DNA of 64,000 nt from Eledone cirrhosa (taxonomy: Eukaryota), in NCBI GenBank assembly GCA_964016885.1, contig OZ024740.1, forward strand, positions 345,216,001 through 345,280,000. The letters run 5' to 3'. Made by a program: the position numbers and the translations under genes. The notes beneath the pieces are model-generated. The model was not told the origin of the DNA. It was given only the letters and a program-made list of their open reading frames with translations, and did not search any database. This document shows, piece by piece, positions 13,863 to 29,104 of this stretch (position 1 is its first letter; every line of letters begins with the position of its first letter).

Positions 13863-15567
13863 ATAGATAGATAGATTTCTTTTCAAATAAAATCTTTCGG
13901 TAGGAATTAGCCTCATCAAACTTGCAACATAAAGAATCTTATTACAGTGAAATCTACCAGGCTTTTTTCTTTGAAAACGAAAATCAGTTGTAATATTGTG
14001 TCCCAAAGTATTAAGAAAAGCGGCCAAATGTTCTCCTAAATCCTCGTCGAAATAAAGTTCCGAAACGAAAAATTCAATATAGTGTCCGAGCAAAGCCTCA
14101 TCTTTGATTGTAGAATTGGTAATATTGTAGAATCGGTAATGTACGTGTTGAAATCAAATTTTCTCTCGTTTATAAATCCAAACCACACGTGTGCGTGTTA
14201 GACCGTGCTTGTGTTCGTGTGTATCTGTGTGTGTGCTTGTTTTTATATGTGTCAACTTGTGCCCGTGTATGTTATTATATGGGTCGATTAAATGTATATA
14301 TAAAATATAAAGAAGAGTTTTGAGACAGATTCTTTGGAAAGATGGGATAAAATTGCTTTAGAGAGAAGAGTAAAAAAACGGATTAGTTGTAAAGTCTGGA
14401 GAAACAGAATTTAATAAAGGCTTGTATGAGATGGATTGAATGGGAAGACTTGGGAAATGAAGAGAAAGGAAGAGTAATTACGAAATGTAAAGAAGAGAAT
14501 AGTTAATAAAAAAGACATGCAGAAAATATATACGGATTGCTTTTCCCTTGTTGTGAGAGATCTAAAAATGATTTGTTTTTTTAAATTTTGGTACAAGTTC
14601 TGTAATTTGAGGCAAAAGGAAAGTCGATTATATCAACCTCAGAATTTGGCTAGCACTTTATTTTATCAAACCTGGAAGAATGTAACACAAAGTTGTCTAT
14701 GTTGGGATTTTAACACAGAACATAGAGATGCGGGAGAATTACCGCAAAGCACTCTAATTCTGCTACTAGGGTATGATAATTGAACATTTCAACAAGAAAT
14801 AACAAGGATAAAATAAACAAAACACGAACAAAGATTGATTAACAAACTTCAAATGACATTTCTAGTTATAATTTACAAATATGTTAGTTGATTTATACAT
14901 AGAACATTCCAATTTTGACTTAGCTTAGTTGATGAGAAAACACAAATGTTTCTATGTGGTTCCTATTCAAATCTCTTTTGTTTTAATAGTTAAATGTAAA
15001 CCACAAGTAGATGATGTGTTTAAGTTTTCATTATGATTGTATATATATTTTAAAAAGTAGTAATTGTGCGGTTCTGATCACTCAGTTTGGAATATTGATC
15101 ATTATTGGTTGAAATAAATCCACAATTATAATACAAAAAATAACCTTTAAAAAATATTTTCATCATGTAACATTGTGGGGGAAATATGCTTAGAAATTGT
15201 ATGTTTGTTGTGTTTGTAGATATTTATAAGGGTCAATCTTTTGCAGGAAATTATAAAAGTATAAAATCCAGTTAGTATAGAAATATTAAGTTATAAAGAA
15301 AACGTAAAACGTGTATGTAGAAAAGTTTCAGAATGTATACACTTGAAGATTGCTTTATATACAGACACACACACAAAGCAGTAACAACTACATCATTTTG
15401 ATTCCTAAATACACTTAAAAACTAATTAAGAAAGTGGTTTAAAAAATCAATAACATTCAACGGCATATAGAAATATTGATATTTTATTAAAACAAACAAT
15501 ACATTTAGTCCGTTAACACATGCAAACAAAACCATTCAAAGACGCTCGCATAATCTAACACTCTTTA

Positions 15568-15777
<210 letters not shown>

Positions 15778-16444
15778 GGAGGACAGGGTTATATATATAT
15801 ATATATATATGGAGGACGCGGGCTTCAAATCACAAATAGACACATACAATAATGCGAGGATGTTCCAATCACACCATTACACATGAATGTCGAACAATAA
15901 TTTTAAAAGACACTCTTATTATATGTGGTAGGAACCACTCATACAAAATGTCACACGAATAAATATATGTTAATAAATAAGCAATTAGTCTCACGTACAC
16001 AACTGCATACAACACTAATATCGCAGTATATGAATTTTCATTTACATAATCATTATTTCTCTCTAATATATACGTGTGTGTGCTTGTGTGCGTTTGTGTG
16101 CATGTGTGTAAGTGTATGTGCGTGTGTATTAAACATACAAAGCAGGCATTTGCCCAAACTCCTTCACGTAACCTAACCACAGCCGTTATTTTGATCAAAT
16201 ATATTGACTTCCGAATACGCCTGAGAGCGTGAGAAATGAAGAAGTGTGTACATGTGCATGAAGACAAGTGTCGGTATATGGCAAACACAATAGATACACT
16301 TCAGTCATTTACCATCCCACTAAGGGACTTAATTGTTATTATTACTGCTGATTTTAACTAAACTTCATACTTTATCCAATATTATGATTATCATTGTTAC
16401 GAATACTCATGTATTCATTGCTTTTATTAGAAAGGTCGATAATA

Positions 16445-16600
16445 GAAACACTAGCACATCAGGCATAATGCCTTAAAATATTTTATTCTCGTCCTTTATG
16501 TACTATGTTCAAATCTCTTCGAGATTTACTTTGTCTTCCATCCTTCTGAAGTCAATAAAAATATGCTAGCACTCAAGAACTGGAGTCAATTTAAACGAAC
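16445..16600 (+). mobile_element. Degenerate tRNA-derived SINE
   Basis: gttcaaatctcttcgagatttactttgtcttccatccttctgaagtcaataaaa is a decayed copy of the major SINE. Other decayed copies at about 14590-14765 (-), 16720-16810 (+) and 38100-38230 (-). Confidence 0.6.
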
Positions 16601-17160
16601 AACCCTTTCCCAAAAGATTTTTAGCCATTATTCTTTTGGAGTTGTTTTTTAATTAATATTGTTCAAAGTTTTGATGGTAGATTATGTATGTCACGTTAAC
16701 ATTTTTAGTTGCGTACCTTTATGTTTTGAGTTCAAATCTTGCCAATCTGAGTTTTACCTTTTTATCAGTAAAATAAACCCCAACAAATAAATACTAGTCA
16801 AATATTGAAGACAATATAATTATCTACAATGTAGACATTTATATCGTAGTTTCTACACAGTACCGCAAAATATGGAGCCATGTTACTAAGTTTACGATTT
16901 GTATTGCTACAAGCTAATACTAGTAGAGAAAAGAGTGTTGTAGAGTAGGGAGATAGATTTTCCAGAAAATGCTTAGTTAATTATCCTATTTCATAGGTAG
17001 AGCTGTAGATGACTGATTAGTTAATTTAGACGTGCAATCGAAAATCATATTCTATACATATAAATGTGGGTATACAAATAGACATATATATATATATATA
17101 CGCGAGTCACTAAACAGAATTCCTTTAAATATATGTGTGATAGTGTGATTGCGAGTGTGA

Positions 17161-17258
<98 letters not shown>

Positions 17259-17919
17259 GTTTGTGCGTGAGTGCGTGTGTGCGCGCGTGCCGGTGTGTGT
17301 GAAAGTCAGTGAAAATATACCTTACTTTCCACGGTATGTATTGAGTGCATTCTTCCTCTTTCTTGGAAAACTAGAGCATATCAATATATATATATATATA
17401 CATACACTCGTAAGTGTTTTTCTGAGTGTGTGTGTGTGTGTGTGTATGTGCGTGCGCGTAAATGTCTATCTATGTAGTTGTGTGCGGGAGTGAGTTTTTG
17501 TTACGAGGTCTTCTTCTGAGTGAAGTGACACCGTGCGTTGCGCTGAGCGCCATGTTTGCAAATGTATATTTGCTGATAAAACTAAGACCAACTGCGGTGT
17601 ATCTAAGAGTTCTGTACCAAGAGGCTTATTTCATGTGGGGAGGTGATGCGATGACAAGGGATAGATCTAGAAGGAGGTGTAGATCTACCCCTTCCACTCA
17701 ATACTCCTATGCTTCCTTCCTTCTCTTGTATCTCCCTTCCATTTTTCTTACTTCCTAACGTTGTTTCTTCTTTCTCCCTCTTTTCATATCTTATTTCTTT
17801 CATAAAATAGTCCCCTGGTGTTTAATGGAACTTCTGCACCTATGATACCCTGAACCCTAGAGCTGATATGTATTAATTTATGTATATATCTATGTGAATA
17901 TATAGATGTGAATGCGTTG

Positions 17920-18002
<83 letters not shown>

Positions 18003-18025
18003 TGTGTGTGTGTGTGAGAGTGTGT

Positions 18026-18080
<55 letters not shown>

Positions 18081-18291
18081 TTGTTGTTATTATTATCATT
18101 ATTTTTATTACTGTTATTATTATTATTTCTATTAATGTTTTCTTAATGACTAAGAACAACAAACGTTAACTGAGGAAATGTATCAAAACATAATGTAGAG
18201 TTAAATATATATGTTTTAAAATGTCGATGGCTTCGACGTTTTGCGAAGCAAAGATTTCTGTTTGAATGTGTGTGTGTGGTGTGTATGTGTT

Positions 18292-18409
<118 letters not shown>

Positions 18410-19273
18410 CGTGTTCTTTGTCTGTGTTTGTTTGTGTGTCTGTGTGTGTGTGGGCATGCGTGTGTCTGTGTCGGTGTTTATTTGTGTGTATGTGTGTGTG
18501 TGTGTATCTGTCTGTGCGTGAGTGTGTGTTTGTGTGTGTAATATATATATATTTGAATATAGATATATCAAGATGAGGTCACAGTATTTTTTTGTAATCT
18601 AGAGTATCGATGTATACGATAAAAATGAGTTGGTACACATGACAATGATTTATGTCATCGGTATTTAGTTAGGTCCGTCTACTCTTTGAGTTCGAGCTTC
18701 TCTTGGAAACATAGTTATATCAGAAAATAGGTACCAAATACTTTCACTTCACTGATTCTTATTTCATTGATTTTGAAGGGAGAAAGTCAGCGTATGCAGT
18801 ATGATATGAAATTTCAGTGATAGGGCCTACTTTGAGCAGAATTACTCAGCAAGTTTGTGAGTATTCTATGGACTATAGAGAGCAGTGATATCAAATTTTA
18901 ATGCAGAATTAATAGAGTGTCTAACATAATGCCCTGTGTTATCGAGTTGATATGATGTATTATTAATTGCAAAACATTTCTGCCCTTGAACCTAGCTTAC
19001 AAATCGAGATTTCTAACGTTGGCAAAATAATGTAAATCTTAGCTCTTTGTTCCACTGTGTATTTTTAGTGTAGCTCTGTACGTTTACTTACCTACTATTT
19101 TTGTAACGTGATAATATGAAATACCGGTAACAAATGTACCTCAGAGTCGTTTTAATCGACAATAATTTGTTCACAAAATCAAAATCTTTCTTGGTCGATG
19201 ATACGAAAGAAATCTAGTGTCAACACAATTTTTAGTAATTTGCTATGCATATTTAATAGAAAAATGTTCTCAC

Positions 19274-19857
19274 CTGAATAACTCGCATGTTCAACCCCGT
19301 TTCTTGTGCCAGTTGTTCCCTTATATGCCGTGTTGGTTTAGGGGTGGCAGCGAAAGCCGCTTTTAGTGTTTCTAATTGTTTCGCTTTGATGGTCGTACGT
19401 GGTCCCCGTCGCTTAGCACCCATGTTGCTTTCAGAGTGATCTGCTGAAATGTTCGTAGAATCTTTGCTGTTGTCCTTGACTGTGTTATTGTTTTTGTTCG
19501 TGATGTTATTTGTAATAATGTTCGTGGTCCCGTTAGCATTGCTGTTGTTATTTTTATTTATGGGTAATGTCCCCGAATTTGAAAGACTATCAACACTGTT
19601 TGAAAAGTTAATAATTGTATCGTCTTTCACATCGTCTGGGCTGCCAATGTTGGACGAAACGGAATTGGGCGCCATTGACGAATTGCTATTAGTGTTGCAG
19701 GTATTGTTCATAATACTGTTATTCCCTAGACAAGGGGGACCAACATTTTCTTTACTATCCCGACTGTTGTCTCCATCCATGCTGAAATCTCTGTCTGATA
19801 CGTTGCCTGTGTTGTCTAAACTGCTATCAAGGTCGACGTCATCATCAATATCTGAAC
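19274..19857 (-). CDS. Lhx1/5: Lhx1/5 coding exon: Asn/Ser/Asp-rich linker plus homeodomain up to ...MRVIQ
   Basis: Ends in [47 protein letters not shown], diagnostic of the Lhx1/5 homeodomain. Acceptor tgattttcactag|GT TCA GAT (phase 1, matches the LIM2 exon: S-G-S-D-I-D-D-D...). Donor CAG|gtgaga at 19273 (phase 0, IQ^VWFQN position). Length 584 = 2+582. Confidence 0.96.
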
Positions 19858-20147
19858 CTAGTGAAAATCAGACAGAAAAAATATGTAGATAAAACAAGCG
19901 GCATATAAAGAAAAGGCGTGGGATATGGGTTAGAAAAATTGTCACGAAAAGATATGTGCAAAATAGTATGAGGGAAAGAATTTGAAGAAAAGATACTGGT
20001 CAGCAGCTGGAGATACAGAGAAGAAAATATGTTAGTGAGAAACAATGCTCTATATTGACTCAGCGATTGGAAGAAACACCCAAATGAATGATTCAAAATG
20101 TTCAACAATCTTCCTATGTGATAATTAATTGAAGAGAACACACACAT

Positions 20148-20240
<93 letters not shown>

Positions 20241-20257
20241 TAACATTATTATTATTG

Positions 20258-20304
<47 letters not shown>

Positions 20305-20327
20305 TATATATATATATATATGGATAC

Positions 20328-20363
<36 letters not shown>

Positions 20364-20489
20364 ATGTGTGTCTGTGTACATATATATATATATATGCATA
20401 TATATATATATATGTGTGTGTTTGTTATATAAAGAAAACGTGTTTATTTGTATGTTGACGCTAATAACACTAAATACATTTGGAAATAA

Positions 20490-21790
20490 TTAAAGATTTT
20501 CGTGGATCGAGATTAAAGACAAACTGGTGCAAGTAGATGGATCTACTATGCATATATTAGGTTCCTCGCACCGATAGAAGTATTATTTTCAAAGAGTAAA
20601 ATTGCGTGAGAAGCTCTTAGAACGTTGAAGACATCATCTCATATGTTAACAAAAACGTTTCCAGACTACTAGATGATCAAAAAGCTATATATAACATTAT
20701 ACAAGAGTTTATTACGCAACAGAATGGTAGCATATTTTTTATCGATGTGTCCTTGTTGATCTACTAAAACCTTCTGCATAATATTCGTCAAGATCAAATT
20801 ATAGCTTTAGCTGTTGCTTCATTAATAATTTCCCCATATACTTGGAGGTCGGACAAATAATTCTGATTTCAAAGTGGACTTGTGTCTAAGTTTGAATGAA
20901 ATGTCCCCGCATCATATAAAGAAGGACTGAGGAGCTTAATAAGTATTGAAAAGATGTGTGGAAATTTTGGGAAATAAATACACAATGGTGCGCACATACG
21001 CATTGGACATCATAAGAGAGAACCCTCAAAGATATCCGGAACAGCACAACAATAATGGGAGGAAACATTGTCGATTTATCAGGAGACTTCCCCAAAACTT
21101 TAGCTGTCATATTAAAGTAGAATTGCGCATATCATTTTCGAGCTTACCTAAAATCGTCAACATTATTGCCACGTATCACAAAACTCAGTTTACGAATCTA
21201 ACTTGAGGTCACAATCTCACGGTTATAACATTTTTGCAAAGTTTGCTCGAAAGCTTCTGAAACTTGTTGAAGGCAAATATATCTCTTGATTCTGAAAGAT
21301 GTTTTGATCCTTCATCATTTTGCACTGTTGTGAAAAACGTTGATAGCTTCAGTAATGAAGTGTTCTCCAATTTCTAAATCTAATCTATCAACAAAGTTGT
21401 TGACAATTATGCTGCTGTTCATTATCCCGTTGAGTTTCTCAAAGGTCTGGAACAATCTGGTATATCACCACACAACCTTGAATTTAAGAAGGTGTCCATG
21501 CTTCTAAGAAACCTGGATCATGCAAGATTGTGCAATGGGACTCATATGGGTTTGACTGAACTACAGCTTCACTTTATCGATCGAAGACAAAATCCCCACT
21601 GGTTGTGGTAAGGAAGATATCGCATTTATACCTAGAATACAGCTAATGCCAACAGATGTCTTCTTTCATTTCAAACGATTGCAATTCCCAGTGTGAATCC
21701 CAAGATCAAACACTGCAGGTTGTCAGTCTTCATCTAGAAGAAGGATATTTCTCACATGGTCAATTGTATGTAGGTTGTTCCAGTGTGTCT
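20490..21790 (+). mobile_element. Decayed Helitron Rep-Hel remnant (PIF1-like helicase)
   Basis: Broken frames give IRQDQIIALAVAS..LGGRT, ERTLKDIRNSTTIMGGNIVDLSGDFPKTLAVI, YPVEFLKGLEQSGISPHNL, MLLRNLDHARLCNGT, IAFIPRIQLMPTDVFFHFKRLQFPV and FSHGQLYVGCS, which are hallmark Helitron helicase motifs. Confidence 0.9.
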
Positions 21791-22090
21791 CATAACTCGG
21801 GTGTAATGCGACCAACATTTAAGCCGTAATCTTTTTTGTAGTGTCACTTTACTAGCGTCAGCATTCTAACGGTCTTTATCTCACTAAGCTGTACTCACAA
21901 CACAAACTATATTATTTTCATTGTAACGTGCTCCCACTGCTGAATCTAGTATTTTCTTTCTTGTTTTTTTCTTTTTGTCTTGTTTCCTTGCCTTGTTTCA
22001 CGTTAGATTATTTATTTAAACTAGTCTCTCATTTAGAAGCTTCCAGAGTTATGTTGTAAAATGCGTATTGATTTAAACCACCAAATAATT

Positions 22091-22247
22091 GTTTCTACTT
22101 TTGGCACAAGGCCAGCAATTACTCCGTACATTACTGGTACTTTGTTTTATCGACCTCGTAAGGATGAAAGGCAAAGTTAACCTCGGCGGGATTTGAACTC
22201 AGATCATAAAGGGCCGTAACACTTTGCTGCAAAGCATGATGTCCGAC
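22091..22247 (-). mobile_element. tRNA-derived SINE
   Basis: gtttctacttttggcacaaggccagc...atcgacctcgtaaggatgaaaggcaaagttaacctcggcgggatttgaactcaga; same family as 8377-8559. Confidence 0.85.
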
Positions 22248-24906
22248 CAAATAATGCTAGCTCATCAGTTACTATGAACTGGGTGCATAAAGAGAATATC
22301 AGTAGTTATATCAGATGGAAGCAATGAGAAGCGGTGGAGAGAGGCGACAGGTGAATCTTGAATATCTGACGATCTTTTCGCAATAAAAATACAAAACAAA
22401 TCTCTCAGCCTCCTTCAACGTCGAAAGGAGTAAATATACTCAACCTTTCTGAGTTGCGAGAGCAGTCTTAATCACATTGTAGAATGTTCAACAAAAGCCT
22501 TAATTGTGACTCAGTTAAAATATTAGTAAATTTCAAAACCAAAGACGATGAAACTGCATTAGGTAGTTTAAAATAGAAAGTCGTTTAGCAAACAATACAG
22601 CAAGATTATGTCTCCCGCTAAAAAAAACTGTTAGAAGCAGCAGGATAAAAGAAAACAGAACAATGAAATATGTTAAGTAGAGAAGAAACATTCGCCAAAC
22701 TTACCTGCATAACTACTGGCCTGATACGCTACATGTAAGTAAAAAAATGAAAGAAAAAGAAAACACATCAAATATAAGTTGATTCTTTTAAAGGAAAATT
22801 TACTGAAAAAGAAAAAGAAAATATTTAATATGTAAATTCAGATAAGGGGAGGTAAATGTAAAGGTGATATGTAAAATCAAATATGTAAAGATAAATGGAC
22901 CTCCATCGGTTTCAACGATGAGTGTTTCAGTTGTCCGATCAACGGAACAGTATACCCGTTAAATGAATGTGATGGGTGTGACTATTCCACATATATATTA
23001 CAAGTTGTGTCCATCCGACAGGGTTCCATACATTTTCCGTCATCCTGATTTCACTTATAAGAGTTGTGTCATCATGAGGCAATTGTAAATGGCATTGTCT
23101 CAGATGCAACGCGCCGGAATCGAATCTGGAAATTCAAGATTACGAAGCAATCCCCATAGCTATTTCTATATACTGCGTTTAAAATTTATAACACTAAAGT
23201 AAAAAAAAATCTAGGGATTTCCAAGGATTATGAATAATGAAATTTAATGTATCCGTATAGCAACAACAGCAACAATTGAAAATAACAAAGACAAACTAAT
23301 AATATCGATCATTGAAAGGTCAATCAAAGAATAGAAAGTATATGTTGTAAGATGTACTATTATCTTCTTATTGATTCAGAAGGAATGCATAACTTGTTGC
23401 TGGAAAATTGTTTCACAATCCCACATATTTCGTCTCAGAATTAAAGAGGAATATGCTGTTGTCGATTCTTTGTTGTTGTTTATCCACAAATCAATCAAAC
23501 CTTAATAAAGTCATTCCAGCCGTAATCACCATGTCTTGTTCTAACGAAGAGCGCACTTCTTACCATATTACCTAATGATATTTTATTTTTAAAGAAAGTA
23601 GAATGTGCTTTGATCCTATTTGGTATCTATTTCTAGCAAAGTGAATGGTCCTAAATGACCATCCTTGTAGATGCGAGAGGAATATAAGGTTTTCAAAAAT
23701 ATATTTTAGAGGATATATATGTTTGATTCGTTTGCCTCCAATTCTGACTGGTACATTTGTCATCAGCAAGATTGTTACCGACAAATTTCGAATGTAAAAT
23801 CATAAAACAATATTCCACACTAGAAATATAGTCCGACTGCCCGTGGTCATTCCATCAGCTAGACATAACTGAGAAATTTCCTTCAAATCACAAAACAACC
23901 ACTCCAAAACGTTGTACTAAATATGATCTTAAATATACAGGTTGATTGCGGTTGGAAAGACCACATTTATCACAGTTCTGCTGTATCAGGCATGTGAACT
24001 GGAACTAACCAGTAACAACGAAGGTGTAAATGAAATCTTTCGTATTAAGTGACCCACCGAACAATTAAATGTTGTGGAATATTGTTAGTTTTGTTGCATT
24101 TGTTGCTTTTTAACGTGAAATAAAAAGTGAAAAGTGTAAAGTAACAAGTTTTGGTGTGATGTGATGAACCCAAGGCGAACGTGTAATAATTTCAAAGAAT
24201 CTATCTAGAATGACATTGAAGATCGCACATAAAATTCAGTTGCAGATATATACAAACCGTCCGTACAATGAACAAGTAAGCCCACATGCCAGCAGATACA
24301 CAAACCTAACATATACATACACAAACTGACACATAGATACACGGAATAATACTAACACAAGTACACTCACAAAATAAGACGTACGCACACGAACACACAC
24401 ACACGCGCGCAAAAAAAAAAAACATATACATAATGCACAACACGCACATTCTCTCTCTCACACACACACACACACGGAAACAAAAATAATACCACATACA
24501 TAAAATCAAGCAAACAAAAACAAACAGCCAACGCACACCGAAACACAACCATTTACACACACATGTGTCTAAAACTCAACAGATGACGTCAACATATGTG
24601 CTTTAGGTGTTGATGGGAAATCGATGAGAAAGATATATGGTGCGAAGTGCGGGTGGGACGGTGGTAAGTGGGTGTTTGTTACTCGTCTGAATTTTGACAC
24701 CCGCCTCTTCACAGTTATATAGCGAGTTCACGCAGAGCCAACCAGTAGGCATACATAGAAGTCATACATACAATTCACACAAATACTCACACGCGATCCT
24801 GTATGTATGTGTGTAGCTATATATAAATGCATGTGTGAATATATACACACACATATACATGTGTGTGTATATATGAACACAAACACACACACACATATAT
24901 ATATAA

Positions 24907-24938
<32 letters not shown>

Positions 24939-24970
24939 GTATATATGTATATATATATATATGTATATAC

Positions 24971-25003
<33 letters not shown>

Positions 25004-25461
25004 TATATATATGTGTATATATATATGCGTGTGTATAAAAGTATTCGTGAGTGTATATAAATGTATACATGCGTATATGTATAAATGTATAGATGTATAC
25101 ATGTGTATATGTTTATGTATATGTGTATGTATATATATATATATATTATATATATATTCATATATGAATGAATACACGTTATTGTGTATATTTGTTGTAC
25201 ATATGTGCACAGTCGATGTGATATCATCATTGCGGAGGAAAGCACCGCCACAGATCATTTAAAAGTGTGGATATCATCTAGACAGATAATTCGACAGCTA
25301 GTATTTATGTGCCCATAGGATACCTAGGATGAAATTTAAGCTATAGAGCTTGCTTGATTCTTGCCATCTTCGGCAAGTTTATTTATTTATTTATGTAATA
25401 TATTATCTTGTTTATTTATATATATTTATTAAATGTGTGTGTGTATATATATATGTATGTG

Positions 25462-25549
<88 letters not shown>

Positions 25550-25630
25550 TGTGTGTGCGCGTGTGTGCACATATACAATTACACACGCGCATATATTTAT
25601 ATATATATAAATATATATATTTATATATAG

Positions 25631-25682
<52 letters not shown>

Positions 25683-26161
25683 TTCTGCATGTGTGTGTAT
25701 GTGTGTGTATGTGTCTGTGTGTTTTGTACTTATTTCTTTTTTTTTTAATTTAGAAGACGCCTGAGAGTACTAACGTTGTTATAGCCCTATCTTTATGATT
25801 TATTGGGAAACTGGGACACATCCGAGCAGATTATATTGCGAGGTATCACCTATACTGCTGCATTCGTTGAGACACACACGTACAGACAGGCACTGATAAA
25901 TACCTACAGAGATACACACATACACTTACACGCATACATATGTCTACTTTCAGATATACACTACAGATATACGTACGCTCGAACGCACACATATACAGCC
26001 ACATACATAAAGGAAGCGGCAAGCATAGTTATACAATCTCAAGGGCACACAAACGCATATATAAAGACAAATATACACATACATATACCATACGTGTTGG
26101 TGAGTTTTGTGATGAGAATGATTTTAGGTTTCTATATGTAGTATTACGTATAGATTTAAAC

Positions 26162-26233
<72 letters not shown>

Positions 26234-26828
26234 ATATATATATATATATACACCTCTATTCTTTTAAATATATATATATATACATATATAGGGAGAGAGA
26301 GAGTGAGGGAGAGAGACAAAGAGAGAGAGGGACTGACTGAGACAGAGAGAGAGATAGAGAATTGTGTGTGTATCTGTGTGTGTTATATGTATATGTGAAT
26401 GAATGTTTATATGTGCACAAAATAAACAAAATTCTATACATATTGTAATATGATATGCATTAAACAAACACAGAAATATACACACAGCTACACATGTGTG
26501 TGTTCGCGCAAATGTGTGTGTCTGCACGCATCTATGGGCGCACACACATACGCTATACAAACAAGATAACTGAGATATGCATCCACGCTGAAACACAAGA
26601 GCAAACTGTAACCATAAATATATACAGATATGCTGATATTAAGACTTACAGACATTCGATTTACATATTAAAAATTATCTTAGTTTTATACATATTCTTC
26701 TTTATTTATTTCAATGATAATTTATGATTTTATGTGTGTATTTTACAGGCCTCCATACATTCGGAAAATATGTTTAACGAGCGTTATATTTCTACATACA
26801 CTCCCCCAGAAATATTTATATATGTATG

Positions 26829-26889
<61 letters not shown>

Positions 26890-26904
26890 GTGTGTGTGTG
26901 TGTA

Positions 26905-26936
<32 letters not shown>

Positions 26937-26947
26937 AATATATATCT

Positions 26948-26993
<46 letters not shown>

Positions 26994-27056
26994 CACACTC
27001 ACATACACACACACATATATATGTATGTATATATATGGGTGTATGTGATTATATAC

Positions 27057-27088
<32 letters not shown>

Positions 27089-28496
27089 AAATGAGTTTAA
27101 GCATGTCCGCATTAAGTATGTCGCGCATATATTCACATACAAAAACTTACACACATATACGTTGCTTTAGCATGGCCAACGTCTGAAGCCACTGAAACAA
27201 GAGAGGGAGTGAGAGAGAGAAAGAGATACCCACATCATTGAAACCTTTGTTTGCTATGCGGGCCAACTCAGCCGACCTTATATATCCTTAGACTCTAGGC
27301 TAGGTGATATTGTCGTTCGTTGTGTACTTGAACAGGAGTGAATGCTTCGTTGAAACACAACTGGCGTATTGCAGACGGCTATTTCACATATCACACGAAT
27401 GCAAAAATTGACACACAAACATCCACACAGACATATACACACACATACGCATACACACACACTCATAAAGGCATGCACACATATACACACAGAAAAATTC
27501 TTTTGGTTAAACAGCTGTAGCTACTGTCGAATAGAAAGTACTCAATACAAAACTTTTTGTAGGGTGGAAATTATATTTATAGTAACGTAATTAACGTATA
27601 TATGTTGATTAAACTGTTAAAGTGCTCATATTGAGGGTCATATCACCTGATTTATGCTTTACAAAGTTGTTTATATTCATATTCATACTTTGCACTTTTC
27701 TGAATGTCTGGCTGTGTCTCTTTGTTTTTCAGAGTGTGTGTTCATATGTTAATGAAAAGATTTTACGATGTTCATGTATGTCTATGTGTATGTTAGATGA
27801 GATATAAACTATATGTGTGTGTATTTGTGTGTATGTACACCCCCCCCCCCACACACACACACACACATGCGCGTGAATGGTTATATGAGAGTAGACGTTG
27901 TACGCTTTCGTTTAATTTATTTTATTAGAGAATTTTCATGTTTCATTATAAGCGACTTTGAAACAATATTGTTCCTAAATCCATCATCAATGTATTTAGA
28001 CTTCTATATTTTTACAGCTTCGCGATCAAAACGTTGCAACTGCATATATTAATGTAACTAAATATGATTGGTGCAGACAGTGAAAGAATTGTTGTTGACC
28101 TGCAAGAGAACCGAAATCACGAAATGAATATATAAGAACATAACAATATCATTAATAACCAGCTAAATATCTACCTGATCTCTTAATATACCAATACAAC
28201 GTTTACGTTATTCAATATATCTTTATTTCTGACCGGAAGAAGTGATTTGAGAGAGATTGGACTACTATGTGAAACAGGTTGAAATACCCCTTACTGGTTC
28301 CCTTCTTGCCACATTGTCTTCATTCATGTTGGGGTGATATATATTTTTATAGACGAGTGGCCACGGCTATTATATGGCAGCAAAAGATGTGAGAGTGGTT
28401 GTTTGGTCAAATCCATTCATTTGAATTGCCATTATCTGAAGCTCCATTGTACGTTTTGTTTATTTCCTGTTTTGATTTGATTGTATGTATATATAT

Positions 28497-29104
28497 GGTG
28501 GCTGCCAACTCGTTTTCGAGTACGGCCACTACTTTATATCCATATAGGAGAACCCCTACCGATGCGCTGAACGAGTGTGACCTTTTAGTCCAGCCAGCGA
28601 CTTGAAAACTCTGGTACAAACACTACACTTGTGACAAATATTGACACATAGTGCTGGGCCCATGTTACCCTGTGACGACAAGTGCAGAGAGATTTCCAGA
28701 TATAAAGCAATGCCTGTGCCGTGAAGCTTTTATAGTGAGCAAAGGCACTGCACAAAGCCAGTCCCACTCTCTTAACCAAGATGATATTTACCAAAAAGAA
28801 GAACAAGTCAACATCATTGGATACCATCAGAGTTGCAGGTGTTACATCAGAGTTTTCCTTCTCCTAGAATTCTGCCTTGACAAAGGCTAAGGGGTCATCT
28901 CTCCCGGTGATTTTGGATGGCCATTGACTCTTAAGAGCTCCTTTGCCCTTTGACAGGTCTTGTTTTTAGTCCTGCAGGATGTCCAAAGTCACCCTCCTCA
29001 CCAAGAAACCTTGGTGGGGTTGCCAGTTTAGTCGCCAACGACCCGACCATGAGACAGGTTGTACTGGGATACATGTTACCAGTAGCACCAACTGGTGACC
29101 TGAC
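28497..29104 (-). mobile_element. Short non-autonomous (bipartite) RTE-derived retroposon, apparently full length
   Basis: Minus strand has RTE 5'UTR-like motif ttagcctttgtcaaggcagaattctaggagaaggaaaactctga, C-terminal zinc finger CSVCTRVFKSLAGLKGHTRSAHR*, terminal hairpin ctcg-aaaa-cgag, then ggcagccacc and (AT)n. No RT or endonuclease sequence in between. Confidence 0.75.

Noticed and set aside
19449-19892. 147-aa hydrophobic plus-strand ORF
   Set aside because: Antisense shadow of the Asn-rich Lhx1/5 exon.
28585-28890. Duplicated 79-80 aa ORFs (also 29782-30087) as a small gene pair
   Set aside because: Incidental frames within two copies of a non-autonomous retroposon.
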